Assembly (NCBI GenBank): GCA_049975205.1
Contig: JBNGDL010000007.1
Coordinates: forward strand, 36,952-100,951
Origin: Anaerolineae bacterium
GTDB taxonomy: Bacteria > Chloroflexota > Anaerolineae > B4-G1 > SLSP01
Direction: 5' to 3'
Length of the DNA stretch: 64,000 nucleotides
Below are positions 1-10,200 of the stretch, in pieces (position 1 is the stretch's first letter; each line of letters opens with the position of its first letter). The notes beneath the pieces were generated by a model. The model was given only the letters and a program-made list of their open reading frames with translations, was not told the origin of the DNA and did not search any database. Made by a program: the position numbers and the translations under genes.

Positions 1-2
1 AG

Positions 3-194
3 TTGGCTCGGCTCGAGGCGTTCCTAGGTCTTGAGCTGGCGCGGATTCCGGTCAAGTCGGAGGCCGTGGGCCGCTGGCGGTCCGACACGGGTACGACGTA
101 CTACGATTTCCTGGCGCCCGCCATGGCGCAGTATGGGTACGAGATACCCAGCGACGCCCAGGCGGAGGAAGAAGAGTTGCTGAAGCGAGCATGA
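3..194 (+). CDS. 3' end of a gene truncated by the window edge; weak resemblance to sulfotransferase-family C-termini
   Basis: Open frame runs in from the window edge, with the stop at 192-194. The tail LEAFLGLE...KSEAVGRWR resembles the conserved C-terminal block of bacterial sulfotransferases. Only 63 aa are visible. Confidence 0.3.
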   Translation: MARLEAFLGLELARIPVKSEAVGRWRSDTGTTYYDFLAPAMAQYGYEIPSDAQAEEEELLKRA

Positions 195-207
195 GTGGAG
201 GTTCACG

Positions 208-1200
208 ATGTTGAGAGTCGGTGTGATTGGGATGGGCCCGATTGGTAATCGACACGCAATGATTCACCAAGAGGATGATCTGGTAGAGTTGGTTGGTGTC
301 TGTGACATCATCGAGGAGCGGGCGGATGCGGCGGCGGAGCGCTTTGGTGTCCCAGCGTTCTACGACGCGCAAGAGATGCTTGATGCGCTGTCGCCGGATT
401 TGGTCAGTATCACGACGGCGGGGTACGAGAACGGCAGCGATCACTACGAGCCCACGTTGCAGGCGTTTGAGGCTGGTTGCCACGTTCTTGGAGAGAAGCC
501 AATCTGCAATGAGATTACCAAGGCCGAGGAGATGGTGGCCAAGGGTCGGGAGAAGGGGCTTTGTTATGGCATCGATCTGAACCACCGGTTCACGAAGGCG
601 GCTCAGATCGCTAAGCAGTGGCAGAACGAGGGGCTGCTCGGAGACCTGCTCTTTGTGAATATGGCGATGTGGATTATGAACCCTAACGAGAGCTCGCCTC
701 ACTATATGATCAAGTCGCTCCATCCCCATACGGTGGATGTGATGCGCCATTTCTGTGGCGACGTCGAGGCGGTGCAGTGCTTCGCGACGAAGGCACCGGG
801 ACGCAGGATCTGGTCGACGGCTTCGTTTAATGTGAAGTTCAAGAATGGCGCTGTCGGGACGCTCAGTGGTTCCTATGACATCGAGCGTGGACATCCGATG
901 GAGCGGTGCGAGGTCGCCGGGACGAAAGGACGGTTCGTGTTGGAGGACATGTGGCGACAGGTCACGCTCTATCCCGCCGGCGACTTCATCAAGCAGCAGT
1001 ACACGAACCCGGTCTTTGGCGGGCATCGCGACTTCGAAGACACCTTCCGCAATCGCATTCATACCTTCCTGAAGCAGGTTAGTGAGGGCGTGGACCCAGA
1101 GGACATCGATGCCTCCGGCGCGGATGGTCTGGCAGCGCAGAAGGTGCTCCAGGCGGCGATCGATTCCCTTGAGACCGGCTCCGTGGTCACCCTGGAGTAA
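208..1200 (+). CDS. Gfo/Idh/MocA family NAD(P)-dependent oxidoreductase
   Basis: 330 aa. N-terminal Rossmann motif RVGVIGMGPIGNRH and the family EKP motif (CHVLGEKPICNE). Tightly packed with the next gene. Confidence 0.85.
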   Translation: MLRVGVIGMGPIGNRHAMIHQEDDLVELVGVCDIIEERADAAAERFGVPAFYDAQEMLDALSPDLVSITTAGYENGSDHYEPTLQAFEAGCHVLGEKPICNEITKAEEMVAKGREKGLCYGIDLNHRFTKAAQIAKQWQNEGLLGDLLFVNMAMWIMNPNESSPHYMIKSLHPHTVDVMRHFCGDVEAVQCFATKAPGRRIWSTASFNVKFKNGAVGTLSGSYDIERGHPMERCEVAGTKGRFVLEDMWRQVTLYPAGDFIKQQYTNPVFGGHRDFEDTFRNRIHTFLKQVSEGVDPEDIDASGADGLAAQKVLQAAIDSLETGSVVTLE

Positions 1201-1203
1201 GCT

Positions 1204-2265
1204 ATGACGACGAAAATCGGCATCGGTGTGATCAGCTTCGCTCACGGCCACGCCCAGGCCTACTGCCAGCGGATGCTCACCTACGACGATGTGAAGCTCG
1301 TCTCGTGCTGGGATGACAACGAGACCCGTGGGGCAGAGGCAGCGAGTGCCTATGACATGCGCTACACGCCGCATCTCGAGGATGTGCTAAATGATCCTGA
1401 AATCCAAGGTGTGATCGTTACGTGCGAAACGAACCGTCATCGTGAGATGGTCGTCGCTGCGGCGGAGGCGGGCAAGGACATACTCTGTCAGAAGCCGATG
1501 GCTCTGACGCTGGAAGACTGCGATCGGATGACGGAAGCTGCCGAGAAGGCCGGCGTCAAGTTCGTGATGGCCTATCAGATGCGCCACGACCCTTCCAATC
1601 AGAAGATCAAGGAGGTGGTGGAGAGCGGTGTCCTCGGTCAGATCAGTCTCTTGCGGCGTCGTCACTGCATCCCAGTGCTCTTCAGCGAGGCGTTCGTGAA
1701 CGGTCCGACGAAGTGGCACCTCGATCCTGAGAAGAACATGGGCATGTTCATGGACGATGCGTCTCATGCGACGGACTTCATTCACTGGATTATGGGACGC
1801 CCCATCAGCGTCATGGCCGAGATCGACAATACTGTCACGGACGTGGCGCCGGACGACACGGGCGTCGCTATTTATCGGTATGCCAGTGGCGCGATGGTAG
1901 TTCTGGTCAATTCGTCGGTCACGCTGGCAGGGGAGAACACAACCGAGGTCTACGGTGACCAGGGCGTGCTCCTGCAATATTACGATGACGCCGTCTCGAC
2001 GCATCTGGCGCCGCCGGACGCGGTCGCGCTAAAGCTGTACACGCGCGTGAATCCGCAGTGGCAGGGCCTAGGGATCCCGATACCATCCAGCCACGGCGAA
2101 CGCATCGCGGGAGTCCCGCGATCGTTCGTCGATTGCATCAAGGAAGACACTGAGCCACCGGTCACGGCCGAGGATGGTCGTGTCTCGGTGGAGATGGTCC
2201 TGGGGGCCTATCAGTCCGCCCGTGAAGGACGTCGTGTAACGTTTCCGTTGAAGCAATTAGCGTGA
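1204..2265 (+). CDS. Gfo/Idh/MocA family oxidoreductase
   Basis: 353 aa. Motifs IGIGVISFAHGHAQAY and ILCQKPMALT (an EKP-type motif). Starts 4 nt after the preceding stop. Confidence 0.85.
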   Translation: MTTKIGIGVISFAHGHAQAYCQRMLTYDDVKLVSCWDDNETRGAEAASAYDMRYTPHLEDVLNDPEIQGVIVTCETNRHREMVVAAAEAGKDILCQKPMALTLEDCDRMTEAAEKAGVKFVMAYQMRHDPSNQKIKEVVESGVLGQISLLRRRHCIPVLFSEAFVNGPTKWHLDPEKNMGMFMDDASHATDFIHWIMGRPISVMAEIDNTVTDVAPDDTGVAIYRYASGAMVVLVNSSVTLAGENTTEVYGDQGVLLQYYDDAVSTHLAPPDAVALKLYTRVNPQWQGLGIPIPSSHGERIAGVPRSFVDCIKEDTEPPVTAEDGRVSVEMVLGAYQSAREGRRVTFPLKQLA

Positions 2266-2275
2266 GGAGGTTATT

Positions 2276-3079
2276 GTGAAGCTTGGAGTCAATTCTGTGC
2301 TGTTTGGTGCTTTTGATATGGAGACTGCCTTCAAGTATACGGCGATGGCCGGCTACGACGGCATTGAGCTATCGGCCATCGACGGCATGAGCGAGCATAT
2401 GGTGCTCGATCGTTGGCAAGCGCTGGCGCCAGAGATCAAGCGACTCTCGAAGGATTATGGGCTGGAGCTTCTGGCCATGGAGCAGCCCTCTCAGGATCCG
2501 GTGCGGATGGAGACGGCGTTCCAGGCTGCGGCTGAGATTGGGATACCGGTGATCAACTGCGGTCCGGGCGGTAAGGCGGATGACGAGTCCAGCTTCCAGC
2601 AGATGGTCGACACACTGGGTAAGCTCTCTGAGATGGCCGAGCGGTATGGGGTGACGCTTTGCGTCAAGGCGCACGTGGGCGCGGCGATCTATAACACTCG
2701 CACCACGCTGCGCGCTATGGAGGCGATTAGCTCTCCGGCGTTTGGGATCGACATGGACCCGTCACACATTTGGAGATCTGGTGAGGATCCTGTTGAGGCG
2801 ATAGCCGCGGTGATCTCGCGTGTGAAGCACGTGCACATCCGAGACTGCAAAGGCCGTGGCCCGCGTCCTGGCGAGCCAGCGATGCAGGCCAACGGTCGGG
2901 GCGACATCAACTTGGTGGGGTATCTACGCGTACTTCACGAGCATGGCTACGACGGCCCTGTCGACCTTGAGATCATAGGAACGAAGGCGCAAGCCTACAC
3001 CTTGGAGCAGTGCTGCGTGATCGCAGCGGAGAGCCGCGGTCACATGCAGGCATCCTTGCAGGCCTGTGGTGCTCGCTAG
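2276..3079 (+). CDS. Sugar phosphate isomerase/epimerase (xylose isomerase-like TIM barrel)
   Basis: 267 aa. Motifs AGYDGIELSAIDG, VKHVHIRDCKG and YDGPVDLEI are typical of the AP_endonuc_2/xylose-isomerase-like TIM-barrel family. Confidence 0.8.
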   Translation: MKLGVNSVLFGAFDMETAFKYTAMAGYDGIELSAIDGMSEHMVLDRWQALAPEIKRLSKDYGLELLAMEQPSQDPVRMETAFQAAAEIGIPVINCGPGGKADDESSFQQMVDTLGKLSEMAERYGVTLCVKAHVGAAIYNTRTTLRAMEAISSPAFGIDMDPSHIWRSGEDPVEAIAAVISRVKHVHIRDCKGRGPRPGEPAMQANGRGDINLVGYLRVLHEHGYDGPVDLEIIGTKAQAYTLEQCCVIAAESRGHMQASLQACGAR

Positions 3080-3259
3080 GCGTCCCATCGGCGATCCTGC
3101 AGCACTCCGTGGTCGTTGTCTGGGGAGAAGGCTGTCCAGCCTCCTCCCCATTCTCTGCGGATCCTGCCCGAGGTTTCTCCGACCACGTCAGGAGAAAGGA
3201 CCGTTCTGTTGACGTCGAGCGTGAGGATTTGCAGTAGTGCGGGCACGCGCACGGTTCCC

Positions 3260-4966
3260 ATGGGCCGGACGGCTCACATCGACGTCGTGCTCGATGGCCT
3301 CCCGGAGACTGCGTTCGGCTACGTCCTGCTTCCCTTCGTGAACGGGCGGCGCTGGGGCGCCCACGAACTGGTGTCGACAGAGCGAACAATCGCACTGCAT
3401 CTACCGCTTCCCGACCCAGGCCCTGCGTTCGTGGAGGTTGTGCTTCTGGCCTCGGATACCGAACATTGGATGGGTCTCTCAGACCCCAGTCTGTTGATGG
3501 TGGGGCAGCGGATCCCGGCCTATGGCGTACACAGCAATGTCCTGCACGTTGAGGTTGTCTGGCGGGATTTCCCGGCCCGGAAACCATTGGAGACGCTCTT
3601 CTGTATGCAGTGGGAGCCCTGGTTCACGACGGGCATAGCCCATTGGCGTACGGCCCAGTCCGTGCCTATGGTCGGGTTCTACGACTCCTTCAACGCTGAC
3701 GTGACGCGGCAGCACATCCTGTGGTTCATGGACCTCGGTGTGGACTTCATCATGCCGGACTGGTCCAACCACATCTGGGGCTGCGATCACTGGGACGAGC
3801 GCAGCGGTGGTGTGAACAGGATCCTTCACGCGACCGAGTTGACACTGGAGGTGCTCGCTTCTATGCGAGACGAGGGGCTGCCGGTGCCGAAGGTTGCCCT
3901 TATGCCTGGCCTGAGCAACGGTCCGCCCGCGACGATGGGAGCGCTCAATGAGGAGCTTGCCTGGGTCTACCACACCTATCTGCGTAATCCGCGTTTCGCA
4001 GGCCTCTGGCAGGAGCTTGAGGGCAAGCCGCTCGTCGTCGTTCTCGATACGGGGGCCGTCGCGCATCCTGACGGCACAGCTGCGTCGGCGTTCGAGATTC
4101 CCTTCTTTCAACAGACACTGGGGATGAGCGATGACGAGCTCGATGCCTTCCGTGCCGAGCAGCCCCCGGTTGATGATGCACACTTCACCGTCCGGTGGAT
4201 GTCGTCACAGAATCAGACGACGCGCCACCACGAACTGGGCTACTGGTCGTGGATGGACGGCGTTGCAGATCCGCCGGTGACCTACAGGGACGGTGAGGCC
4301 GAGGCTGTGACGGTGACGCCGTCGTTCTTCAATGCGCAGGGGTGGACGGGTCCGCTGGCGCGAGGCCGCCGTGGCGGCGCGACGTATCTGGAGACGTTCC
4401 GGCAGGCCCTTGCGCACCGCCCTAAGGTCGTCCTCCTGCACCAGTTCAATGAGTTCACAGGACAGCAAGAGGGCCAGGGCTATGGGCCGAACAATTCGAT
4501 CTACGTCGATACCTATAGCGTGGAACTCAGCGATGACCTAGAACCTGTTTCCCTCACCGCGCCGGGCTATCGGGGCGATGGCGGATGGGGCTTCACTTAT
4601 CTGAACCTCACACAGGCCCTGATGGCTCTTTATCGGGATGGCGCGGAGGCAGTCGGAACCCTGCTCGCCGTGAGCCAGCCATTGCGGGGCGCGACGGTGC
4701 GTGGCCTGAGCTTGGCTGTGGTTTGGTCTGTTCTTGGGAAACCTGTAGAAGCTTTCATAGTCTCCTTAGATGGGCAGGTCGTTGGGGAGCACGTGCAGGG
4801 CACGGTGTTCGAGCACTCGCTCTCGGATGTGGCCTCAGGCCCTCATGTGGTAACCGTCACGGCAAAGGGGGCGATGACGCGGTATCCGCTGTCTCAGACG
4901 GAGCTGGATGAGCCGCTGTCGGCGCCGATCCCGGTAAGGGTCACTGTGCCTTTCCGGGTGGATTAG
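3260..4966 (+). CDS. Uncharacterised protein, putative GH99/WbsX-like TIM-barrel glycoside hydrolase-like domain plus C-terminal Ig-like region
   Basis: Long ORF 3116-4966. ATG at 3260 (MGRTAHIDVV...). An alternative TTG at 3209 is preceded by GGAGAAAGGA. The block LWFMDLGVDFIMPDWSN ... GKPLVVVLD ... LLHQFNEFTGQQEG resembles the NEW-x-EG signature of GH99-like enzymes. No signal peptide. Confidence 0.45.
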   Translation: MGRTAHIDVVLDGLPETAFGYVLLPFVNGRRWGAHELVSTERTIALHLPLPDPGPAFVEVVLLASDTEHWMGLSDPSLLMVGQRIPAYGVHSNVLHVEVVWRDFPARKPLETLFCMQWEPWFTTGIAHWRTAQSVPMVGFYDSFNADVTRQHILWFMDLGVDFIMPDWSNHIWGCDHWDERSGGVNRILHATELTLEVLASMRDEGLPVPKVALMPGLSNGPPATMGALNEELAWVYHTYLRNPRFAGLWQELEGKPLVVVLDTGAVAHPDGTAASAFEIPFFQQTLGMSDDELDAFRAEQPPVDDAHFTVRWMSSQNQTTRHHELGYWSWMDGVADPPVTYRDGEAEAVTVTPSFFNAQGWTGPLARGRRGGATYLETFRQALAHRPKVVLLHQFNEFTGQQEGQGYGPNNSIYVDTYSVELSDDLEPVSLTAPGYRGDGGWGFTYLNLTQALMALYRDGAEAVGTLLAVSQPLRGATVRGLSLAVVWSVLGKPVEAFIVSLDGQVVGEHVQGTVFEHSLSDVASGPHVVTVTAKGAMTRYPLSQTELDEPLSAPIPVRVTVPFRVD

Positions 4967-5082
4967 GCGCCTTGACAGAATGAACGCGGCTGTTGACCTG
5001 GAGGGTGGGCCGCAAAGTTGGATGTGACGATTTGCCCGTGGGCTGAGAATCAGGGATGGGGCGACGACAGGGAGAATCGAGA

Positions 5083-7116
5083 ATGCCAGTCTACCGAAAT
5101 GCTAGCTATGGTGGTGAGTCCATTGTCTTGAAGAATGCACACCTGCGCCTGGAGCTGCACAAGCGCCTAACCGGATGGGGATGGGGCGAGATCTTCGACG
5201 GGGAGGGCAGATGTGTCGCCATCTTGGACCACCTCGGAGAGGTGCTGCTCCGCGATCAGGAGATACCAATGCGGCTCGAGGCTCAGGAGGTCCGACAGGC
5301 GTCCGACGCTGAGGGCGACACGCTCGTTTTTGAGGTCGCCTCGCTGATCGTGCAGGACAAGCTGAAGGGGACCTCCTTTGAACCGTGGATCACCTATCCA
5401 CTCGACATGCGTATTGTAGAGGGTGAGGTCCGAATCACGTTGCTAAAGGACGAACCCGTAATCAGACTTGGCCAGCGGTTCGTCGTTAATGGCAACGTTT
5501 ATGCCCGCTATGTAAGGGGTCCGTGGCTCAAGGTTGGGCAGGACACTTTCGGCACGGCGAAAGATGACGCCATCTTCCCCGGGGTTGAATGGTTGGTGGA
5601 TGAGGAGTGGTCCAGTGGGAGCGACTGGTTTAAGGATCCCTGGGCCAGGAAATGGGTGCCGCATCCAAACAAGGTCGCGGCGCCGGTGATGGCGGTGAGC
5701 TATCAAAGTACCGGCATCGGGCTTGCGTGGGATCCTAATCAACGGGCCACCGGCTGGTTCAACTACCGCTACCAGTTTCCTCAGCCGGTCTTCGCGTCGC
5801 CGAATTTCGTCGATCGGTTCAATAACCACCTGATGGGATTGATGGTGCCAGACGTTGACGTTGAGGCGCATGAGAACCAGGTCTACGCCGACCCTCCGCT
5901 GGAACTCCACCCTGGGCAACGGATCGAGTTCGAGACGGAGATCTTCCTCTCCAAGGGGACTAGCCTGAACGTCGTGGTGGACTTCGTCAAGCGCCACGGA
6001 ATGCCTGAGCCGCCTGAGCCTCGATGGCCCCTGACGGAGGCCCTGGATCGTATCGCCCGGGCCTATACGACCCACCTCTGGCATCCGGGTCGCGGCTTTG
6101 GGATGCCCCAGCGAGACGCCATCGGGCCGCGCGTGCCGCGCTTCGTGGAGCGGTATCTTGAGACTCATGGTGAAGGCGACCTGGCAAAGGCACTTTCCGA
6201 GAAGGTAGCCTGGTGTGAGGCGCATGGGGGGCATCACGCCGATCGTTGGGAGCTGGTCAAGGGGGAGGGCCGCGAGGAGTGGCTCGCGCGGGGCGAAGAG
6301 CTACTCGGTTACCAACGGCCCGATGGGTCTTTCCCCTTTGACCCTGATGGGTTGCACTACCAGAAAGATGACTTCGTTGTGGCGCGGGAGTTCCTCGAAC
6401 CGATGGGGCTCGCCGGCGATACTGCATTGGATATCACGATCCTGCCGGCGATGGAGCTCCTGAAGTTGGGCGAGGTCACGGGTCGGAGCGAGTTCACCGA
6501 GGGTGCACGGAAGGCGCTGGACTTCTGCATGTCAATGGAGCGCCCCGAGGGCGGCGACTTCTGGGAGACGCCACTCCACGCCCCGAATCTCTTGGCGGCG
6601 GGGCACGCTGCCAATGCGTACGTCGTGGGCTACCGGACGTTCGGTGACAAGCGCTACCTCGAGAAGGCAGTCCACTGGATCCGGTCGCTGCTTCCCTTCA
6701 CGCATCTCTGGCAGCCCAAGGGCATGCCGATGATGTACAATACTAAGCCCTGTCTCTGTTCTAGCGATTGGTACTTCGCCAATTGGGTTCGCGATCACGT
6801 GCAGTGGGAGGTGCTGGAGACCTTTGCACAGTCCGAGAGCCTGGGTATCGACTGGGCAGAGATCGACCGTGAGCTCGACTGGCATACCTATCAGAAGGGT
6901 ATCACGATCGCAGCCCTTCGTTGGATGGTCGACCACGAGGAAGAGCACTGGCTGCCCCACAACCTTCCCTCGACTTACGCCGACTATGAACGGGGTGTTT
7001 TCGACGACTGCTTCGCCGATACGCATAACAGCACGACGGGCAACTATGGAGGGATGGTGATCATGCCCGACGTGATCGCGGTGAACCTGATGGCGGTGAT
7101 GGAACGGGAAGGGTAG
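5083..7116 (+). CDS. Uncharacterised large cytoplasmic protein (N-terminal beta-rich region plus probable alpha/alpha-toroid C-terminal half)
   Basis: ORF 5056-7116. ATG at 5083 has GGAGA 7 nt upstream; the ATG at 5056 is also possible. The C-terminal half has toroid-like repeats (LGYQRPDGSFPFDPDG; ERPEGGDFWETPLHAPNLLAAGHAANAY). No family recognised with confidence. Confidence 0.4.
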   Translation: MPVYRNASYGGESIVLKNAHLRLELHKRLTGWGWGEIFDGEGRCVAILDHLGEVLLRDQEIPMRLEAQEVRQASDAEGDTLVFEVASLIVQDKLKGTSFEPWITYPLDMRIVEGEVRITLLKDEPVIRLGQRFVVNGNVYARYVRGPWLKVGQDTFGTAKDDAIFPGVEWLVDEEWSSGSDWFKDPWARKWVPHPNKVAAPVMAVSYQSTGIGLAWDPNQRATGWFNYRYQFPQPVFASPNFVDRFNNHLMGLMVPDVDVEAHENQVYADPPLELHPGQRIEFETEIFLSKGTSLNVVVDFVKRHGMPEPPEPRWPLTEALDRIARAYTTHLWHPGRGFGMPQRDAIGPRVPRFVERYLETHGEGDLAKALSEKVAWCEAHGGHHADRWELVKGEGREEWLARGEELLGYQRPDGSFPFDPDGLHYQKDDFVVAREFLEPMGLAGDTALDITILPAMELLKLGEVTGRSEFTEGARKALDFCMSMERPEGGDFWETPLHAPNLLAAGHAANAYVVGYRTFGDKRYLEKAVHWIRSLLPFTHLWQPKGMPMMYNTKPCLCSSDWYFANWVRDHVQWEVLETFAQSESLGIDWAEIDRELDWHTYQKGITIAALRWMVDHEEEHWLPHNLPSTYADYERGVFDDCFADTHNSTTGNYGGMVIMPDVIAVNLMAVMEREG

Positions 7117-7213
7117 GAAGCAGAGGGGTAGGGGAGAAGTGATAGGCGACAAGAGATTGAGGATTGAGGCTTTGTGGGTATGAGGGAATTCCGTATACTC
7201 GGGGAGAGATAGG

Positions 7214-8974
7214 ATGGCAAGACACGATTTGTTCAGTGATACGTGGGTCGCGACGGACGCGCTGGGACGAGAATTGCCCGGATTTAGCGTGTGTGGGGCG
7301 CCGCGAGAGAACCGGTTTGTCGGTATCTTCTACTTCATCGCCCGAGGCTACACAGGGCCGGAGCCGCCACGCGATGTCACCAAGCTCCTGGCAGAGAATC
7401 CGGAGCGCCCGCAGTTCTGGCCTGGCTTCTCGCATCACTGGGGCGAGCCTGAATACGGGTATTATCGGTCGACCGATCGCTGGGTCATCCGCAAGCATGC
7501 CTATGCGCTCGCGGACGCCGGGGTCGATACGCTGATCTTTGATGTGACGAACGATCGAACCTTCCCCGAGTGCTATGAGGCCGTCTGCGAGGTCTTCCGC
7601 GATGTCCGGGGAGAAGGGGAGCCGACGCCAGACATCTGCTTCCTGGCGAGTGAGCGATCCGCCTATGAGCTCTGGGAGAGCCTCTACAGCAAGGGGCGCT
7701 ACGCCGATCTCTGGTTCCAGTGGAAGGGCAAGCCCCTGCTCCTTTTTGGGCAGCATGGTGAAGTCCGCGGCGACATGAACGACGTCATATTCGCCCCCCA
7801 CATTCAGGAGTTTTTCACGCTCCGCCGGAGCTGGGCTTGGGATTCGCTCTCTTGGTATGGTGATGAAGGTCACCATCGTTGGCCTTGGGTGGCACACTAT
7901 CCTCAATGCATCGGATGGGATGAGCAAGGGGTGCCGGAGCAAGTCCCGGTTGCCATCGGGCAACATCCACTCTCCGGCATCGGTCGGAGTTTTCACAATG
8001 GTCACCAGCCCGAGACGGACAAGTTCGACGTCACGCCCTACACTGCCGACGGGCTGCACTTCGAGGAGCAGTGGGAGCGGGCATTGGAGGTCGATCCTGA
8101 GTTTGTCTTCATCACAGGCTGGAACGAGTGGACGGCAGGGGCGATGGTGTGCGACGATCCGTCGTATGAGGCGCTGCAAGCCAAGTGGAGCTTCTTCCCT
8201 GGCGCGGAGCTAGGGCGGGCTGGCAAGCCGTTGAAGGTCGGCGATATCTACTTCATCGACCAGTACAATCAGGAGTTCAGCCGAGACGCCGAGCCGATGC
8301 GCGGCGGGCATACTGACAATTACTACTATCAGATGATAGCGAATATCCGCCGCTACAAAGGGGTCAGACCGCTGCCACAAGTACCTGGGCCGCAGAGCAT
8401 CGACCTGGATGGCTCCTTTGACCAGTGGACGGAGGTGGAGCCTGCGTACCGAGAGCATCTCTACGATACGCTACACCGGCACGAACCAGGGTGGGGCAGC
8501 GCCGGGCCTTACGTCGATACTACGGGGCGCAACGAGTTCGCTCTGCTCAAGGTGGCGCACGACGCTGACATGGTCACTTTCTACGCGCGGACCCGTGGCC
8601 CGATATCGCCCTATACCGATCCGTATTGGATGCTCCTCTTCGTGAATGGCAACCAAGACAAGGCAACGGGCTGGGAGGGCTACGACTTTGTCGTGAATCT
8701 TGACGTGCTCGACGGCAGCCGGACCACGGTGAAGGCGAGCGACGGCGGCTGGGACTGGCACACGGTCGGGGAGGCGCAGTACAGAGTGGAGGGCAACCAG
8801 CTTATGGTGGCGGTTCCGCGAAGGTTGCTCGGTCTAGAGAAAGACCCGATGGCCTTCGATTTCCATTGGGCGGACAATATCCGCGGCAGTGGCGATATCG
8901 CAGATTTCTTCGTGGGTGGTGATAGCGCCCCGCCGCGGCGTTTTGATTACCGGTACCAGGTCTCAGGGAGCTAG
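7214..8974 (+). CDS. Uncharacterised GH99/WbsX-like glycoside hydrolase-like protein
   Basis: 586 aa. N-terminal FVGIFYFIARGY, then ADAGVDTLIFDVTND, WKGKPLLLFG and FVFITGWNEWTAGAMV (NEW motif). Distant paralog of the 3260-4966 product. Confidence 0.45.
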   Translation: MARHDLFSDTWVATDALGRELPGFSVCGAPRENRFVGIFYFIARGYTGPEPPRDVTKLLAENPERPQFWPGFSHHWGEPEYGYYRSTDRWVIRKHAYALADAGVDTLIFDVTNDRTFPECYEAVCEVFRDVRGEGEPTPDICFLASERSAYELWESLYSKGRYADLWFQWKGKPLLLFGQHGEVRGDMNDVIFAPHIQEFFTLRRSWAWDSLSWYGDEGHHRWPWVAHYPQCIGWDEQGVPEQVPVAIGQHPLSGIGRSFHNGHQPETDKFDVTPYTADGLHFEEQWERALEVDPEFVFITGWNEWTAGAMVCDDPSYEALQAKWSFFPGAELGRAGKPLKVGDIYFIDQYNQEFSRDAEPMRGGHTDNYYYQMIANIRRYKGVRPLPQVPGPQSIDLDGSFDQWTEVEPAYREHLYDTLHRHEPGWGSAGPYVDTTGRNEFALLKVAHDADMVTFYARTRGPISPYTDPYWMLLFVNGNQDKATGWEGYDFVVNLDVLDGSRTTVKASDGGWDWHTVGEAQYRVEGNQLMVAVPRRLLGLEKDPMAFDFHWADNIRGSGDIADFFVGGDSAPPRRFDYRYQVSGS

Positions 8975-9117
8975 GGTATCGGGCACATCTATGGGAGCGA
9001 TCGCCAGAGCCGCGGAGCCCCCGTAGTCTCCCCCTGAGGGGGCAAATCGCGTAGCTAAGACGCCGCCGCTTGCACTGCGGCTGCCACTAACCTGTCGTAC
9101 CATCAAGGAGAAGTCAA

Positions 9118-10200
9118 GTGTCTCGAAAACTCGGTATTGGTCTGATTGGCCTGGGCGAGATCGCCTACGCATCAACGGGTGGTGTGCTGAAGAGGACACC
9201 TAACGTGGAGATGGTAGTGGGTATGGATCCGTTGCCCGAGATCGCTGCCTCTTACGAAGAGCGCTTCGGGATCCCGTGCTCCACATCCTTGGAGGATGTC
9301 CTGGGAAATCCGAAGGTCGACGCCGTGGTCATTTCGACGCCCCACGATACGCACGTCCCCCTTGGCGTGCAAGCTGCGCAGGCTGGCAAGCACGTGGTGG
9401 TCGAGAAGCCGATATCCACGACGCTGGAAAGCGCGAAGGCCCTGATTGCTACCTGTCGGGAAGCGGGCGTCATGCTCTCCTCGAAGGAGGGGAGCGTGCG
9501 CTACCAGCCGGCAACGGCAAAGGCCAAGGCGCTTATCAGCGATGGCGTGATCGGCGAGGTGATGGCCACGCACGTCTTCGGCGCCGCCAACAAGCCAGAT
9601 AGCTATTGGACGGGTGGGTATACCGGGCGGGTGCAGACCACTTGGCGCAAGTCGAAGCGCGAGTCAGGTGGCGGCATCCTCATCATGAACTACATCTACG
9701 ACATCTACCGGCTGCGTTATCTTACCGGTCTTGAGGTCACGCGTGTCTTCGCAGAGTATGATACTTACCGGACGCCGGTCGAAGTTGAGGATTTCATTGC
9801 GGTCACGCTGCGCTATACCAACGGTGCGCTAGGTACGTTCATGGCCGGCTCTTGCGCGCCAGGGGCATCGAAGAGCGGCATACGGGGCACGCGGGCAGCC
9901 GGTAACCGCATATTCGGCACGGCTGGGCAGATCGTGTTTGAGGACAACGACCTGCTTATCTATACAGAGGTCGGCGGTGACGGCCTAGAGGCCGGGACGT
10001 GGACCCAATTATGTTTCGACCACGGCTTCGACGACGGGGCCTACGTGACCTACTTCCAGCGTTTCGCAGAAGCGGTATTCGAGGATCGCGAGCCAGACGT
10101 TCCCGGCGAGGAAGGTGTGCGGGACCTTGAGGTCTTTCTGGCTGCCTACCGCTCGGGCGAAACCCACCAGCCGATTCAGTTGCCTTTGGAGGATCGATGA
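9118..10200 (+). CDS. Gfo/Idh/MocA family oxidoreductase
   Basis: 360 aa. Motifs LGIGLIGLGEIAYAS and KHVVVEKPISTT. GTG start preceded by AAGGAGAAG. Confidence 0.8.
   Translation: MSRKLGIGLIGLGEIAYASTGGVLKRTPNVEMVVGMDPLPEIAASYEERFGIPCSTSLEDVLGNPKVDAVVISTPHDTHVPLGVQAAQAGKHVVVEKPISTTLESAKALIATCREAGVMLSSKEGSVRYQPATAKAKALISDGVIGEVMATHVFGAANKPDSYWTGGYTGRVQTTWRKSKRESGGGILIMNYIYDIYRLRYLTGLEVTRVFAEYDTYRTPVEVEDFIAVTLRYTNGALGTFMAGSCAPGASKSGIRGTRAAGNRIFGTAGQIVFEDNDLLIYTEVGGDGLEAGTWTQLCFDHGFDDGAYVTYFQRFAEAVFEDREPDVPGEEGVRDLEVFLAAYRSGETHQPIQLPLEDR

Noticed and set aside
52-1374. Long antisense ORFs opposite well-supported genes. Examples on the minus strand are 52-1374, 7061-8179, 12708-14141, 29341-30369, 34586-36037 and 62115-62975. 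Examples on the plus strand are 16771-17568 and 17902-18783.
   Set aside because: These are typical shadow ORFs of GC-rich DNA. Their translations are Arg/Pro/Gly/His-rich with no motifs. In every case the opposite strand encodes a protein with clear family signatures.
7155-7168. Tandem GATTGAG GATTGAG upstream of the 7214 gene, with a possible TATACT -10 at 7194-7199.
   Set aside because: There are only two short copies and the -35 is weak. This is not enough to call a regulatory site or promoter.
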